This document shows, piece by piece, positions 38,135 to 59,800 of a DNA stretch of 64,000 nt. Source of the stretch: Tubiluchus corallicola. Taxonomy: Eukaryota > Animalia > Priapulida. Position 1 is the stretch's first letter, and every line of letters begins with the position of its first letter. The position numbers were made by a program, and so were the translations under genes. The stretch is taken from positions 1 through 64,000 of the forward strand of contig JAQGDQ010000241.1 of the NCBI GenBank assembly GCA_030141605.1, read 5' to 3'. Below the pieces are notes generated by a model that was not told the origin of the DNA, made no database searches, and saw nothing but the letters and a program-made list of their open reading frames with translations.

Positions 38135-38448
38135 CAGGGCCATCTTAACAGCATTATGGGCCCTTGGGCAAAGCAATGCACTGGGGCACCTACCTATGCA
38201 ACCACTCCCAGGAATAAAAATGTAAATTGTCCATAAAATTAAAACAATATATTTTTTGTATTGGTACTTCTAACAAAATTAGTGTTTAAACATTAAAAAA
38301 CATGATGTACAACAAAGATAAAATCAACACAAACATTTGAACAATACAACATGAACCTTGAAAAACATATGCATATATTAGCATGTGGCCCTTGTATGTG
38401 TATGCTCGTGGGGACCCGGGCAACTGCCCATGTGTTAAGATGGCCCTG
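38135..38448. mobile_element. hAT-type MITE (314 bp) downstream of the CYSTM stop, in the probable 3'UTR
   Basis: Perfect 16-bp TIRs CAGGGCCATCTTAACA / TGTTAAGATGGCCCTG; 8-bp flanks TTTGTTTG vs TCTGTTTG (7/8 match), consistent with a hAT TSD. Confidence 0.85.
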
Positions 38449-38713
38449 TCTGTTTGCAGGGTGTCAGTAATAAGTGGATAGTTCTGTGTTACAACAAACT
38501 CATCAACTCGAGCATTGTATGCTTGTAAAGACAAATGCATTTTTACAGACAAAGTCATACAGTTTCCATAAATTTACTCTATTATAGGCAGCTGCATAAG
38601 TCACATTATCACAGGCATTTTATCTTTGTAATTGGCATAATTTAAATCTTGCCATTCACTTACAAAACACTACTCTTGAATTTTCATAAATATCTGCCAA
38701 TTATACTAGCTCG

Positions 38714-40070
38714 TCAGTTGTTCAGCAAACAGCAGCACATCAAAGCTGCACAACACGCCAGAAGGCATCCGGTGTTATCTGTATTTGAACGTTGTTGTTG
38801 CTCATGTACATAGCTGAAAATGATTAGACAGTTCTATTTAAAATATAATAATGATTTCATAACATATTAATCTTATAAACATGGAAAAGCAAGGCTTCTC
38901 TACTGGAAGTTGGAACTCATTCTGGAAACCTTCTGCTTTCTGGACAGCTATGCTGACCATTGCACCACAAAGGTACACTGATTTTTCGCTCAGAAATTTG
39001 CCCTGTAAGCTACTAGAGCTCTATCAAAGAGGAATCCTAGTCCACATTTATCAAACATGGTGCGGGATCAGTCCTATAAACGCACACAAGCATTATTAAA
39101 TAACGTGCGTTGTTGCAGCTTAAACTACTTTCAGCTATAAACTACGTAGCGTGTTTCCAAGTTGTAGTTACTAATAGACGAGCTATTATTTTTTCTACTT
39201 TATACCTAAGTATGCGATCAAAATCTTCAGTGCCGTCCATTTACTAAACATGAAAGTATTCTGCCTTTAAAAGTTTTTCTGGCATTTCAAATAAAAATAA
39301 TAACTACTTTATTACTTATAAAGGAAGGAGTTTGCAACTCCGCAAACAATTTAAATATCCTAACCTAACCCTAACCCTATTCCACTTCCGAAACTAGTTT
39401 CTTGTGTGTGGGAAATTATAAACTTTGGCCCTTGTAAAAATAATAAATTTGTTTATTATGAATGCATTTAGGCATCCCGTAGAAATCTCAACTTTTCACA
39501 AAAGTTGAACATAAAGCCATCACATGTAAAAACATACAGAGTTTATTGGCTGATTAGCACCATCAGAGTCAAACTTGTAACGTGTTGAGTGAAAAGAAAA
39601 GAAAAATACCTGTTGTGCACGGCATGTGAATTTATTTCTTTTATTTTGATTCAGCAATGATGCTTATAGCCAATAAACAAAAGTTCAGTAGGTTTCTACG
39701 TGTGGCAGCTTTTTGCTTGAATGGATTTAATTTACAAAAAGAATGTCTGCATTATATTGTGACAAGAGTTAAAACTTATTGGGAAAATTGTTACATGCTA
39801 AATGATTGTTAATAAATCTCATTACAGATTCTACCCTTACATTGTTTGATTAGGCTGACCATATGATGTCACAACTGTTGCAGGATATGTTCCAGGCTGG
39901 CCCACATATCTAACACTTGAATCACCGGTTTGATGTCCAGTGGGCACAATTGTTACTCCACCTGCCTGGGGTGGGTAATACGTTGTGGGGTATGCTTGCG
40001 GATATGAGTTTCCATAGTAACCTTGTTGAGGTTGATAACTATATGGAGGTGGTTGGCTAGGATAGCTCAT
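38714..40070 (-). CDS. Cysteine-rich transmembrane module (CYSTM) protein, CYSTM1-like, 109 aa
   Basis: Exon 40070-39841 (P/Q/Y-rich MSYPSQPPPYSYQPQQGYYG..., AT|GTAAGG) plus exon 38813-38714 (ttttcag|C; ...DNTGCLLACCAALMCCCLLNN*). An upstream non-coding exon donor lies near 40564. Confidence 0.88.
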
Positions 40071-43000
40071 GTTGTAAATGGTGTGTTACCTAAAATACAA
40101 AAATGACATTAACTCATCATGTTGTACAATATGGAAGGAGTCAATTGCAGTCATCAATGAACTTTGAAAATTTTTGTCAAGTTTGTCTGTTTTTAGGTGG
40201 GTTAGCTTGCATGAGGTATTATGGCGCAAAAGAAACTTAGAAAAACATCAACCATTAATCGTGGATCAAGCTTTGAAATTCCAAAAGAGCTGCAAAGAAG
40301 AACACAAATAACTAACAGAAATCTAGAAAAATAGCCAGTTGTTAAATAAAATGTAATATTTGATACCCAATTTTCTTCCAGATCTTTCAGAAGGGCATTT
40401 TGGCCTGTTGTGGAACTTGATATTCTCATCACACAAAACGCACATACTTCTAGAATAATGATGAAGTTATGGGTATTTTAATTTTATAACTTGTAACACT
40501 GCCAAGTGCATGAAAACATCATGCCAGCAAAAGACGAATATTTCAAAGAAGAAAACAAGCTTACCTCTTTTTGGAGCGATAATGATGGCGAAACTCTTTA
40601 CCTAGTCAAATGAATTTAGACAAGTCAAGTATTATACTGTGGTAACGAGTCAAAAATGAAATGCTTTGGTTGTATTTTTAGTAAACTAAGACGCACTGCG
40701 ATGTAGCTGCCCAGCAGTAGAATCATTTGCTGTGACGTATATCACAGGTATTTTAGCGTATGACTAATATTGATCATCATACTGTTACTAGCGTAGTATT
40801 TACGCTGCACAGGTATATAGCTTACCAGCAACTACAGACTTGCGCCTTTAATGAAGTATTGACTGTTAGACATATAAACATGTCAAAGAGGCGGATTCAG
40901 GATGACGACGAAACCAGAGAATATAAAAAATGAAAATTAATAGGCTAAGTAGGACCCACTTGATTTTTTCAGGCATACCAAATACCTGTTATAAAAGCTA
41001 ACTTGCAGTCCTACTAAAGCAATTCTCCATATAGTTTGCAGCGGGTTTCAGCAAAGCGACGAGAGTGTCGTTTTACCACTGCGCCTGAATCATTTCAAGC
41101 AAAAGGCAAAGGAAGGCTAAAGTCCAAGTCGAAAACCAGTTGCGATACCGGTCACATCTTTGGCATCATTGTCATCATATTTTAGCGTATCACTCGCATT
41201 TTATGATTTTAGTTACACAATATGTACTTTACCACTGTAAATTTAGGTTGAATTCGATGAATTTCACTAGAGAGCCTTTGCCAATATTTTAGTTCATGAC
41301 AACATAATTGACGTCAAACATATTGGTCTATCGCTCCGCCTCCGCCGTAACGTAAGCACGCTCAGCAGCATTCGGGACAACAGCTCACGCAGGACAGCTG
41401 TCTAAGCTAAACTAAACTAAACTAACCAACATGACAGTTACAACTAATGTCTAATCAGCAGATAAACTAATTGCACTTTTTCATAAAGACAAATTTGCAG
41501 ACCAGCAGCTACTTTTGCACGAAATTAACTTCAAGTAGCCAAAAAATGACTTTTCAATTTAACAGAATGTAGAGACGAAGTTTCAAAGCACTACAAAATA
41601 CAGAGATATAAGTATAATAAAGAAACAAGCCAGTTAGCCTTGGTTTACAATAAATGAGCTACAAAATATTGTCTCTCTTGCCTTTGAACATACGAACATC
41701 ATGCCTGCGATGTATTTTTCTACATTAACTTATCATGTGCTCGTCTGTAAGACTTATTCAGTTTTTATATGTTTCCCTTTGTTAGGCTACGGAAGTGGAA
41801 TAAATTTGATTGTTCCATTCTATAGACGACCCTTATATTGAATGCCCGAGTTACATAAGTCCCAATGGCATCTTTTAACAATGATTATAACCATGATTTA
41901 ACAATGATTTGTTATGCTGTTGAAAATAGTATTATCTTGCTTTAATTGGCCGGCGGTCTCGGAATTCCGGGGGCCTACCAAAATTTAGTTTTCAAAGCTA
42001 TAACCCTACTAGCCCAATGTTTAAGCGGCCCCTGTACATTAGTTGTCACCATTACTAATAGTCATTGTTATCGTTACCAACATCATCATAATTATCATCA
42101 CTCCACCACAGTACCAGTACAGTCACCACCAACATCCAACCACAATCACTACTAGCCAACATTATCAATTATCAACGAATTTTTTTCTGTCGTTTATAAA
42201 CAAATGTCATCATGTAAGTTATTAATTTTCGCAATATACCACCATTAATTGTCCTCATCATGACGTTCATTAGAGCTTTTTAAACTGTTTGGAAAGTGGA
42301 ATACAGCGCTCAATGGCTGGGCATTCAGCGTGGATGGTTATTGCAGGACAGCGATCTAGCTTGTCATCAATACTAAACATTTAAGCCAAGATGCTGAACA
42401 GACAAAATATTTTTTCCAAATCCATTCAATCGAAAAAGTTCGGAGAACTAGACAGCTGCTTAAATTTTGCCCCATTTCTAAAATCTAGTCTTTGTTTCAG
42501 ACCCCAATAAACGTGAAATTGATCAAGAACAGGTGATTAAAATATGCGCATAATTTAAGCAAAATTACATAATGATATTTGCAATGAGATGATTAAACAG
42601 ATTAGTTACATCATTACAACAATAGTTTTTTGCTACTACATGCTGACAAAAAACGGCCTAGCCTCCGTTTGAGTAAGATAAAATTAGTACATGATATGAT
42701 CAGAAACTACATTATAGTTTACACGTTTACAAGACTACGTAATTTAACAATAGACCACACTTAGTTCAATGAGCCTCATGCAGATACTCAATAAGGAGCC
42801 TCTGGTGGGTAGGCTACTATGGTAACTCAACCTAATATAGATTGGGACAAATTATATAGACTTGGTCCAGTATGGTAACGTAGGGAACCACTAGCCTAAC
42901 AACCGTGCACATTATTTGTTTACATTCATAAGCTAGGCTGATGATGAAGAGATAAAATTTACTTTTCTTTTGCCTTTTTAATTTAATTTGATGTTCTACA

Positions 43001-45859
43001 AAATCGCATTTTGATCTCATAGATCCCGTTAGCTAGGTCACTTGGGTGGGTACACGAGTATTGCATCGTAGAGGAAGATCTTCACATTAAGGTTAAATCA
43101 CTGAAGCCAGACGTTCACATGAGCAGTGTGACCTGGATTTTTTTACCTGTCGATTCTATGCCACTTAGTAGTAGAGAGTGGCTGTCTTGTGTTAAACGGA
43201 GGTACGTCTACACGTTAAGTACCTTCCGTCTTGTATCCTGTCTCAGTTTGATGTCAAGACATGTGATGTGGTCTCCGAGTTCTGGTTCAAGTTTCATGGA
43301 CCCGAGGAGACGTTAGCAGATCACAGAAAAACGTAACGGTAAACTTCTACTTATGTTTTTACTCTCGTAAATCACCAACTGCTAATTGCCATTTATTGAA
43401 TTAACGCCATAGGGATGGTAGACTGTGAAGTGGTTAGCTTCACTTGAGGAGTGTGATGGCTGTTTCCATCGCCGTATGGGGATCTTGTTATCTTCACGTG
43501 AATGTTAAAATGTTTACCATGTTGGGAACGTCGTCTGTGTGACACTGTCATGCAAAAAAATCTGTAAGCTGTGACTGTTAGTGTGGACTGTTGTACCGCC
43601 AGTGAACACTCAGCAAAACCCGAGTAGATCGCCAATATTCTGGGAAGGGTTTTCCTTTTTTTTGCATATTGATGCTCATTGTCATTTTTTTGAATATTTG
43701 AAATCTCATTAAATTTGTTGTTACATGTCATTACTTGTTTATTGAGAGTCTGATAAAATGTCGTTAACCAATACAAAGAAAACAACTCACTTATTATTTA
43801 GGAAAATTACGAAGAAAATATTTAATCCCATGAACACATTTTATGTACGTATCTTAAAATTAGCATGAATAATTAGCTTACACCTTTCGGCACGCGCTAC
43901 GTCAAAAGGTGGTTTTCGGTTACCTGTGGCCCTTTCTAACCCGAACCATCGCACCAATTTTATTGGAAATAGAATAGATAGTTAATTTTCTTGGGTAATA
44001 AGCTTTTTCGCAGTTTCGCTGTGCGCACGCGCAGTTGTTGTAGGTCAAAGGTTAAATGTAGTACAGCAAGACGTCTTAACAACAACCGTCACGTGACATG
44101 TGAGTAAAGCAAACCCGTCTGCCGCGTCAGTTCAGTAACCTCAGTTGTTTTACGCGGACCTTGCTTAATTACGCATTAGTTTGTGCACAGAGTGATTTAC
44201 TAGCAGGATCTTGATTGAGATTAAGAAAAAATGTACTATGTAAGATTCTAGATAGCTGTTAAAACTGTTACTATTACAGCAGCATGGGCTGCGAGGCGTT
44301 GTCAAGTGCAGACAAATGCGTTGTCTGGTACACTTAACCTATGACCTTTTCATGATCATCATCAATCGCTGGAACTGTGAAAAGTTTTATTAGGCAGAAC
44401 GCCAAGTTATATTATCTAGGGACTTATTGGGGGAAAAGTTGTATGTTCGTTGCTGGGACAGATCCAAGCAACCAGGGTGAAAGCAATAAGAATAAACACT
44501 GTGCTTCGAGATACGCCATACTGGCGCATTTCTCTAGAACTCTGCCATTTTCACTAAGATAGAATGTAAAAGTTAGGCATTTTTTTATTGTTTTCGTGCG
44601 TCTTCCAATAGTCGAACTAACAATTTGTTGGAATGGCGATGCTCGAAAAACTTTCATGAAAACTTAGATATCCAGTTTTGTTTACAACCGAATATCTAAC
44701 CTGATAATGAGGACATAATGTTAAAAGCGTTCGTAGTTTACGAAATATCAATTGCAGAGTATGTGCCATAGCTTTAAAACTTTAAGCTTCATTTCAAGTT
44801 TCTGCAAATTTTGTTTTGAGTGAAGTAAATGCAAGCCTAAGCTGATGAGAGAAAACATCTATTACAAAGGAAATTAACACTTCCGTCATATATCAAATAT
44901 TGACATCCGCTTAGAATCTGGTTTGAAATGCAGCCCAGGTAGTTTCGAGCCCTGTAAATTACAAGATAATGCATGAAAAACGTGCTATCGTGTTATGGTT
45001 CTTGTTACTTTTCTAAGAACATTAAATCGAACATTGTGAGGAGTTCCTGCCTCGGGTGTATAAGTCCTGTTCTACTTGAATGCCTACTAATGATGCTAAA
45101 CAACACTTGATATCTCTAGACAAGTGCAATTGCAGAGGCGTAGTCACGACCGCGTGAAATGACCACAGCTGACGAGGCGACAACATCCGTTTTTGTCTCC
45201 AAGGATTAAAGTTTGAAGTCTCCAAAGTCATTGCTGCTAGTATTCTGCGTGAAACGAATTATACTCTCTGCATGGTGTCTACGAAACTTTGTTACGTGGT
45301 TCGAAGATATTACTGATCAACTCTGCTGTCTCTAAAAATAGTGTTTACATACGGGTAGAAATTAACTCAGGTAAGGCCTACTACATATGTACGATACTAC
45401 TGCTTATACAATTAATATGTTGTAATATTTAGCTATTGTATTTTGCAGCAGTAGGCCTATATAACACTATGTAACACTACGTATGTATATCACGGTATGT
45501 AACACTATATAATCTTATATTGTTAATTTGCAATCATGTGCATTTTTTATTATTAACACTGCTACAAACCCAGAATTAAGTTTTGATACTAACTTGAAAG
45601 ACAGAAATGTTGCAAAGCTGGAATGCAGCTTGGATTTGAACCAGGCTGGATTTTAACAAAGAAGATCATTGGTTCTAATCCAGGCTTCTTTCTAACTTTT
45701 TTTGATTCAGTGTCTTTCAAATTTTGTAAAATTTTGTAAAATTAATTAATTATAGGTTTTAGCAACTTTATGTTACATTCATTATTATTCTAATTCGTTA
45801 TCCTTGTATGTTTATCTGATTCATCACACTTTATTTCTTTCTGCAGAACAAACTGAATT

Positions 45860-53554
<7,695 letters not shown>

Positions 53555-56500
53555 CTGGATCAACTAAACTAAGTGCCTTCCACCATGGAGGAGACTGTCA
53601 AAGCTATAACCTAGTCAAACTCCAAACAACAGCAATATGCAGTTTTCAGACGAGGCTCTATGAGTAATACAAAATCAAAAATTAATAATAACAGACTGCT
53701 GAGTGTGTTAAATAAATTTATATACGATAAAGAGTATTGATGAATAATGCATGCTCGTTGGCAGACTGTCTGAAGTAACTTCGTTCATCGTGTGTTGTTA
53801 TTTAAAACTGATGATATGTGTTAATTTAGTTGAGTTTAAGTAAACTATTGTTATATAAGTGGACAGTGATACCTTGCTGACACAAGTTTCTTAATACGAA
53901 TATGAATTTCTTATGTATCACATCAGTAAAAATTTTAATATTTTTGGTCAATAAAGAAGGAAAAAGCTAAATTCTTGTGACATTTTATAGCGCGATTGGC
54001 CTAATATTAGGAATTCATAAAGATCAATCTAATTCGAACTATGCATATAGGAAAGCTTATTTAATATGCTTCGCATTTGTGGTATCGTAGATACATAATA
54101 AAATCAAAAATTGTGATCATAAGACTACATCACAATAAAACGTTTTTATATAACTGCAAGATACAAAACAAAAATTGTACATGTGGTATTCGGGGGCGGC
54201 GGCGACAGCAGCAGCAGCAAGTAGTAGTATAGTAGTAGTAAAATAAAGTTTATTCTTCAAATTTGCATTAGCAATCACTTCAAATGTTACATAACAGTTT
54301 TGCATTTTCAAACTTGGAGCGTTTTAACAATTCGAGATGTGCACCGCGGGTAATCTATGTACTATAAAATTTATAGTAGTAGACGTAATTATAGGCAGTT
54401 AATAAGCTAGATTAAAACTACATTCAAGTGCAAAGCAAAACTTCCATATATAAGTATATATCGTCAAACGTATTGATAAAGTTACAGTTTTCAACATTAC
54501 GCAGATTAATTTACGTGCCAGTTCTGTTCTTTTACATTTCCAAAATGTACGTCATCCTCTGTTAGTATCATATATAGGTTTACAAAATTCACATAATATA
54601 CCTTCTCTAAGTTTGTGATGCCTGGAGAGAGATTAAACGCAAACGTACGATATTTTTGTGAGCATTAGTAAAAATTTTTTTATTATCAAAAAGCCTGACA
54701 TTACATCTAGATTAATATTTACATAGTACGCATATTTTAATTTTAATTGAAAAGTTTTTAGACGCGTGTGTTTTTTATCTTCTTTTCCATTCCCTTTCTG
54801 TTAGCTGCAGTTCCGTACTTATCGATAAGAGATTTATAATAGACTATATATTTACAATTGTTTTTTGAGATAGCAGTCCAAGGTTAGTCTTTCCAGCATA
54901 TCTTCATTATGTTTTCAACGAATCTAATAAAGGCATTCAATAGTCAAACAGTAATAAATAATTTGATCACCTGACCCAAACCGTACTTTTTACTATCTTC
55001 ATAGTTATACTGTTTTTGGAACGTTACAGCGTTCTATGAGTCGTGTTTCACAGATATACAATAATGTGCTCGTTATACAGGCGAATAACACATTTTCCCT
55101 AATACAAAGTAGTACTTAAGGATTTTCAGGTAAAAAGCTGTAGAACTTAACACAATTACGCAACTTAGATTTAGGTTGTTCCAGTATATGTTCTTTCAAA
55201 AATAAATTATTGGATATTCCTGATCGGAGATAAGTAATTACATGGTACATGTAGCGTTTATGGATCACAATCAGTCTCATCAGTAGCTTTAAAATATAAA
55301 AAGTGACATCTAATACTTGCAAGAATATTTTGGTTACATCGCAATAATTTCCAAGCGACTGCAACTTTTCTATTAACTTGACTAATAACAATAATGTCTT
55401 GAGCATGAATTAAGATATGAATCATATGAATAATATACTCAGGATCAAATGTATTGCGGAACAACACAATCAGTAATTCAGTAATTTTTTAGTATACGCT
55501 ACTAAAGTCAAGTTTTGCGAAATGACTCGCTCGGTCTGCCATCTTTATGATTCTCGGCGCACGTTTTTGCCTCAAGAAAAATAGAAAGTCACGCTCTCGA
55601 CACAGGTCTAATAATGAGAGAATAAACAGTCCAGGTGGTTATAACTAGTTTTATTTCTTATGCGCAGCTATTGAAATATCTGACTTGCTGTGGACTAGAG
55701 TGGTCCACGCAGACCACTTCTAGAAGCCTACAACATAGTCTTCAAGGTAAGAGAAATTGTTACATTTTTATCTAAGTGTGAACCTTTGGTATAGATTTTA
55801 AGGTCTTATGAAATAAATTTCTAGTTTCCAATTAGTAGCTGTAATATAGACAATGTTTGTCAATAAGTGCAATGAAAAACATGGAACAGCTGAGTTTGTT
55901 TTCCTTGTCAAGCAAAAACTGATTGGTCAGAAAGATTAAACTGTGTATATACAAGTTTTCATAACTGACTTTTTATCGTTTGAACCGCAACACAGGTCAC
56001 CCAGCAAGTTTCTTCATGAAGGAGAACGTGATGTGAAACATGCACTAATTGTTTAATTTGCAAACGTATGTAGCACGTATTCAATAACATTATACAGTTG
56101 CCGAAAGTTTTCAAAATTTTCTAGCAAGGGGTAATGGCGTAAATCATATTATGCTTTTGCTTTCGTTCTTAACTATGGCTTTTATAACCTCACAAAATAT
56201 GTAAAGATGTATTACAGACCTGATACACCAAAGATATTTAAAGAAAGTAAGTATTCGTAAAAAGTTCTCTTCTCATTTCTAAGAACGCCAGTAGAGTATG
56301 GTTTATGCCGTTCTACGTCTGAGTGAATTGTTTATGCATGAAAACGGAACGCTAGTGATTCTACCTCAGGCGGTGTTAGACCTATGCACCGCGTAAACAT
56401 CACTCAGTAATTAAGTTGCTAATAAGGTCGTTCCACAAAGCAAAATTTTTATATATTTTGGTTACCTTTTTGCTTTTTTGCTCTTCTTTCCTTATCTTTG

Positions 56501-56825
56501 TTTTCATTGCTTTGCTTAATCCTGTGTCTCGTTCTGTTCCATAATGTTCCATTCTGCCCAATTTGATTCGTTTTGTTCCATTTCATTCAAGTCTTTTCCA
56601 TTTCCAAACTTCATTTCGTTTAGTTTCTTTTGGTTTTGCTTAACTATTTTTCATTGCTTTTCGCATTGCTTGTTTAATTTAATTCATTTTTTTGTTTTTT
56701 CTGCCTGGATTGTTATCGCTGCTTTCCTTCTAATTTGTCCTAATTGCCGTTTATGTTATAAAGGGAGAAATACACTTGAATTAGACAAATTTATTCGAAA
56801 ATTGCACTTTAATTTGTGACAGATT

Positions 56826-59800
56826 ATGATGAAGCCATACAACGCTATAGTCTACCTTCTGGTAATTTCTGTGGGTCATGCAGTTGCACAAAGTTGTAGG
56901 GATCTCTCCAGCGGATTCACTAAAGCTTGCGGATCAAACAATCCTGCTGTTGGTGTTCAAGGAACATGTTACTGCGACGAGTTTTGTGAATTTATAGGGC
57001 CATGTTGCGACGATGTATGTGAAGTGTGCAACGACGTTTGCAGTACGCTACCCTATTATATTTTTTATTAGTAATAAAATAGCTGCAGCTTAAATCATAA
57101 GATTCACATGTAACTATAATTCCGTAATTTAATATGAGCTTACAGATTCAAACTAAAATCTCTAAAATCAGTTATCCAGACATGGAATTTAGCCAGTCTG
57201 GTTACTGAAGTTTGACTATGTACAATAACGCTAGAAGAAGACCTTATATTGCATACATTACGTGTATCAATATGTATCTGTGTATCGATAATGTGAAACT
57301 GTCTGATTCAAGCCAATAAACTATAATAAATAAGATAAAAAGAAGATAGTGAAGTTCTTAAAAAAAGGCACAGTTCTAATCAAAAGTTATAGTCTTTGCC
57401 AAAATTTTACTTTAGTTTTTTTCTCGTGCTTAATGGAAATGCCAGGCAGTTTAAGAAATTAAGCTTATTTCAATGTTCGTGAAAAATGTTAGAATGATTC
57501 AGTAGCAAAAGTGTGATAAGCGTCTCGTGTAATTAATAAAATCACTAAAGTCGCGACTATTTCATGCCTGGACCTTTTTGAACGCCTATTATTCCACCAA
57601 TGACGCCATTCATCGACTAAAAAGGCAGCACACTGTCAATTTCCATTAAAAGTTCAAGAAGTTTTTACAAAAAAATAAACAGCTAATATTTCGATATCTT
57701 TACATGAAATTTAGGTAAGCTGTAAAAGTATGAATTAGCTAAGCAGTGCGCGCTTACGGAAAATCACGGTGCGCTTACGAAAGGTCACGTAGCCCGCCGC
57801 CTAGTGTATGACGGCTACCACCTCGCCTGAAAATTTCTTCACGGCAGTGGTATAAATTAACTTTATGCTTTACAGACATTTATTTGCAAATTTGTTTGTT
57901 ATACCTTTCTAAGTTTAGGTGATGGCAGTAAAATAAACCCAACTTCTAAATGACTTGTCCTTTCCTTTAATTGTCATACTTATCAAACTTTCATTCGCTT
58001 TTGTTTCTCTTTGTGCCTTTACCAATTACAGTTCCTCAGTGCAACGGTCGCCCGTGTCGCAATGGGGGAATATGCACTAATCGAGGATTTGACTACTCGT
58101 GCGACTGCACTGGAACAGGATACACGGGGAAAAATTGCGAAATACGTATGTACCATACCTTCAATAACAGAAACTAAGAAGTTGTTTTTATTTGGAGACT
58201 TGTGCTGTGCTTGTGTGGAGGCTTGTGTTTAAGGACTAGCAATGGCAAATTCATAACAATTGTTAGGGGCGTCCTAACATAAAGATAGACAAACAGTCTT
58301 CTGTAAAAGTGGACTCTTACAAACCCATGTCAACTTTGTACTTGCCTCTGAATTTGACATCTGACTTCCACAAACAGGTTCAGGTAGAAAAAATCTCAAA
58401 GTAAGAAAAAATCTTACCGATGATGTAACTATTAGTCACTCTCAACTTTACTGTGATTTTGACCTCTACGTTTGGCATTCATCTCCATATTGTGGCTCAA
58501 AAATAATAGTCTCACTACTCCATGATGCAGACACCCAACATCTTGTTTATATGGGGTTGCGCAGAAAAAATGTGCCGAAATTTAGACTATAATAAGATTA
58601 TAGCATAATTTCACAGCATGATATTACAATGTATTCGCTTTTGGCAGCGAAAACTACACGTTTACAGTTTTAGTGGTGTTTAAGTTATGACGGAAAAGCT
58701 TTTGCGTGTTAAAAATTAAATGCGCCAACAATGTCAGCCAGTCGTCAACTGGAAAACAGCCACGTTCACTGACATACCAAGCACCTAATATACGGAGCGA
58801 AACAAAAAAGAAACCTACCAGTTTTTATCATGGTCGTCATCAGAGAAAATGACACAAAGTTTTTTCTGCGTTCATTGTTTGTAAAATTTTTGTATCTTTA
58901 GAAAAATCTGGGAATGACTTAAAAATTTTGGTGTTTAATAGTGTGTAATATCAGTGCGGAAATTTTTGAATTGATTCCTGATCTCCTTATAATATCATGA
59001 TCAAAACTTCGGTTTTGCGTTACCTGATATAAATGTAAGCGGACAAATGGAAAAAACCACGATGTTGACAGTATGTCTCCACAATCTCCGCACACACACA
59101 CACACACACACACACGGCCGCGTGCACATGCGTGCGCAGACACACACACACACACACACGGCCGAGCGCACATGCGCACGCACACACAAACACACGCACA
59201 CGCACGCACACACACACACACACACACACGCACACACACACACACACACACTCACACGCTAGCACCCACGCCCGGTTGCATATATGCACACACGGCACGC
59301 CCCCAAACACATGCACACGCCCGTATGTGCACCTAGAGAGCTCATTACTATGCACTTGCACAGTTCTCGTGATGCACGTAAGTGCTAAAAACGTTTTTTG
59401 TAATTTTACAGGTGACAATTTGCCCAGTCCATGTGACGTTAGCCCTTGTCTCAATGGTGGTCGCTGTATTCCAACTGGATTCGCATTTGTATGTGAATGC
59501 CAAATTGGTTTTGAAGGCCAAAATTGTGAACGGGTGAAACAGGTTGACATATGCAGCGGAAGGCCTTGCAGAAATGGTGGGACATGCATTGCAAACGGGG
59601 TAACCTTGACCTGCATCTGTCCTCTACCTTGGACAGGGCAATTCTGTGAAGATCTCATAGTAACACCTCAAAGGCCATGTGACAGTAGCCCTTGCCAGAA
59701 TCTTGGCCAGTGCCGTGAAAATGGTAACGCGTACACGTGCCTTTGCCGCCCTGGCTTTCAAGGGCGGAATTGCGAAGACGTGATACAATTCGATGCATGT

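Noticed and set aside
39359-39379. Telomeric (CCCTAA)n tract
   Set aside because: Only 2-3 units inside an intron; too short to support a telomere-related call.
59132-59411. His/Thr-rich N-terminus of the 550-aa ORF
   Set aside because: Intronic (CA)n repeat; the real exon starts after the acceptor at 59411.
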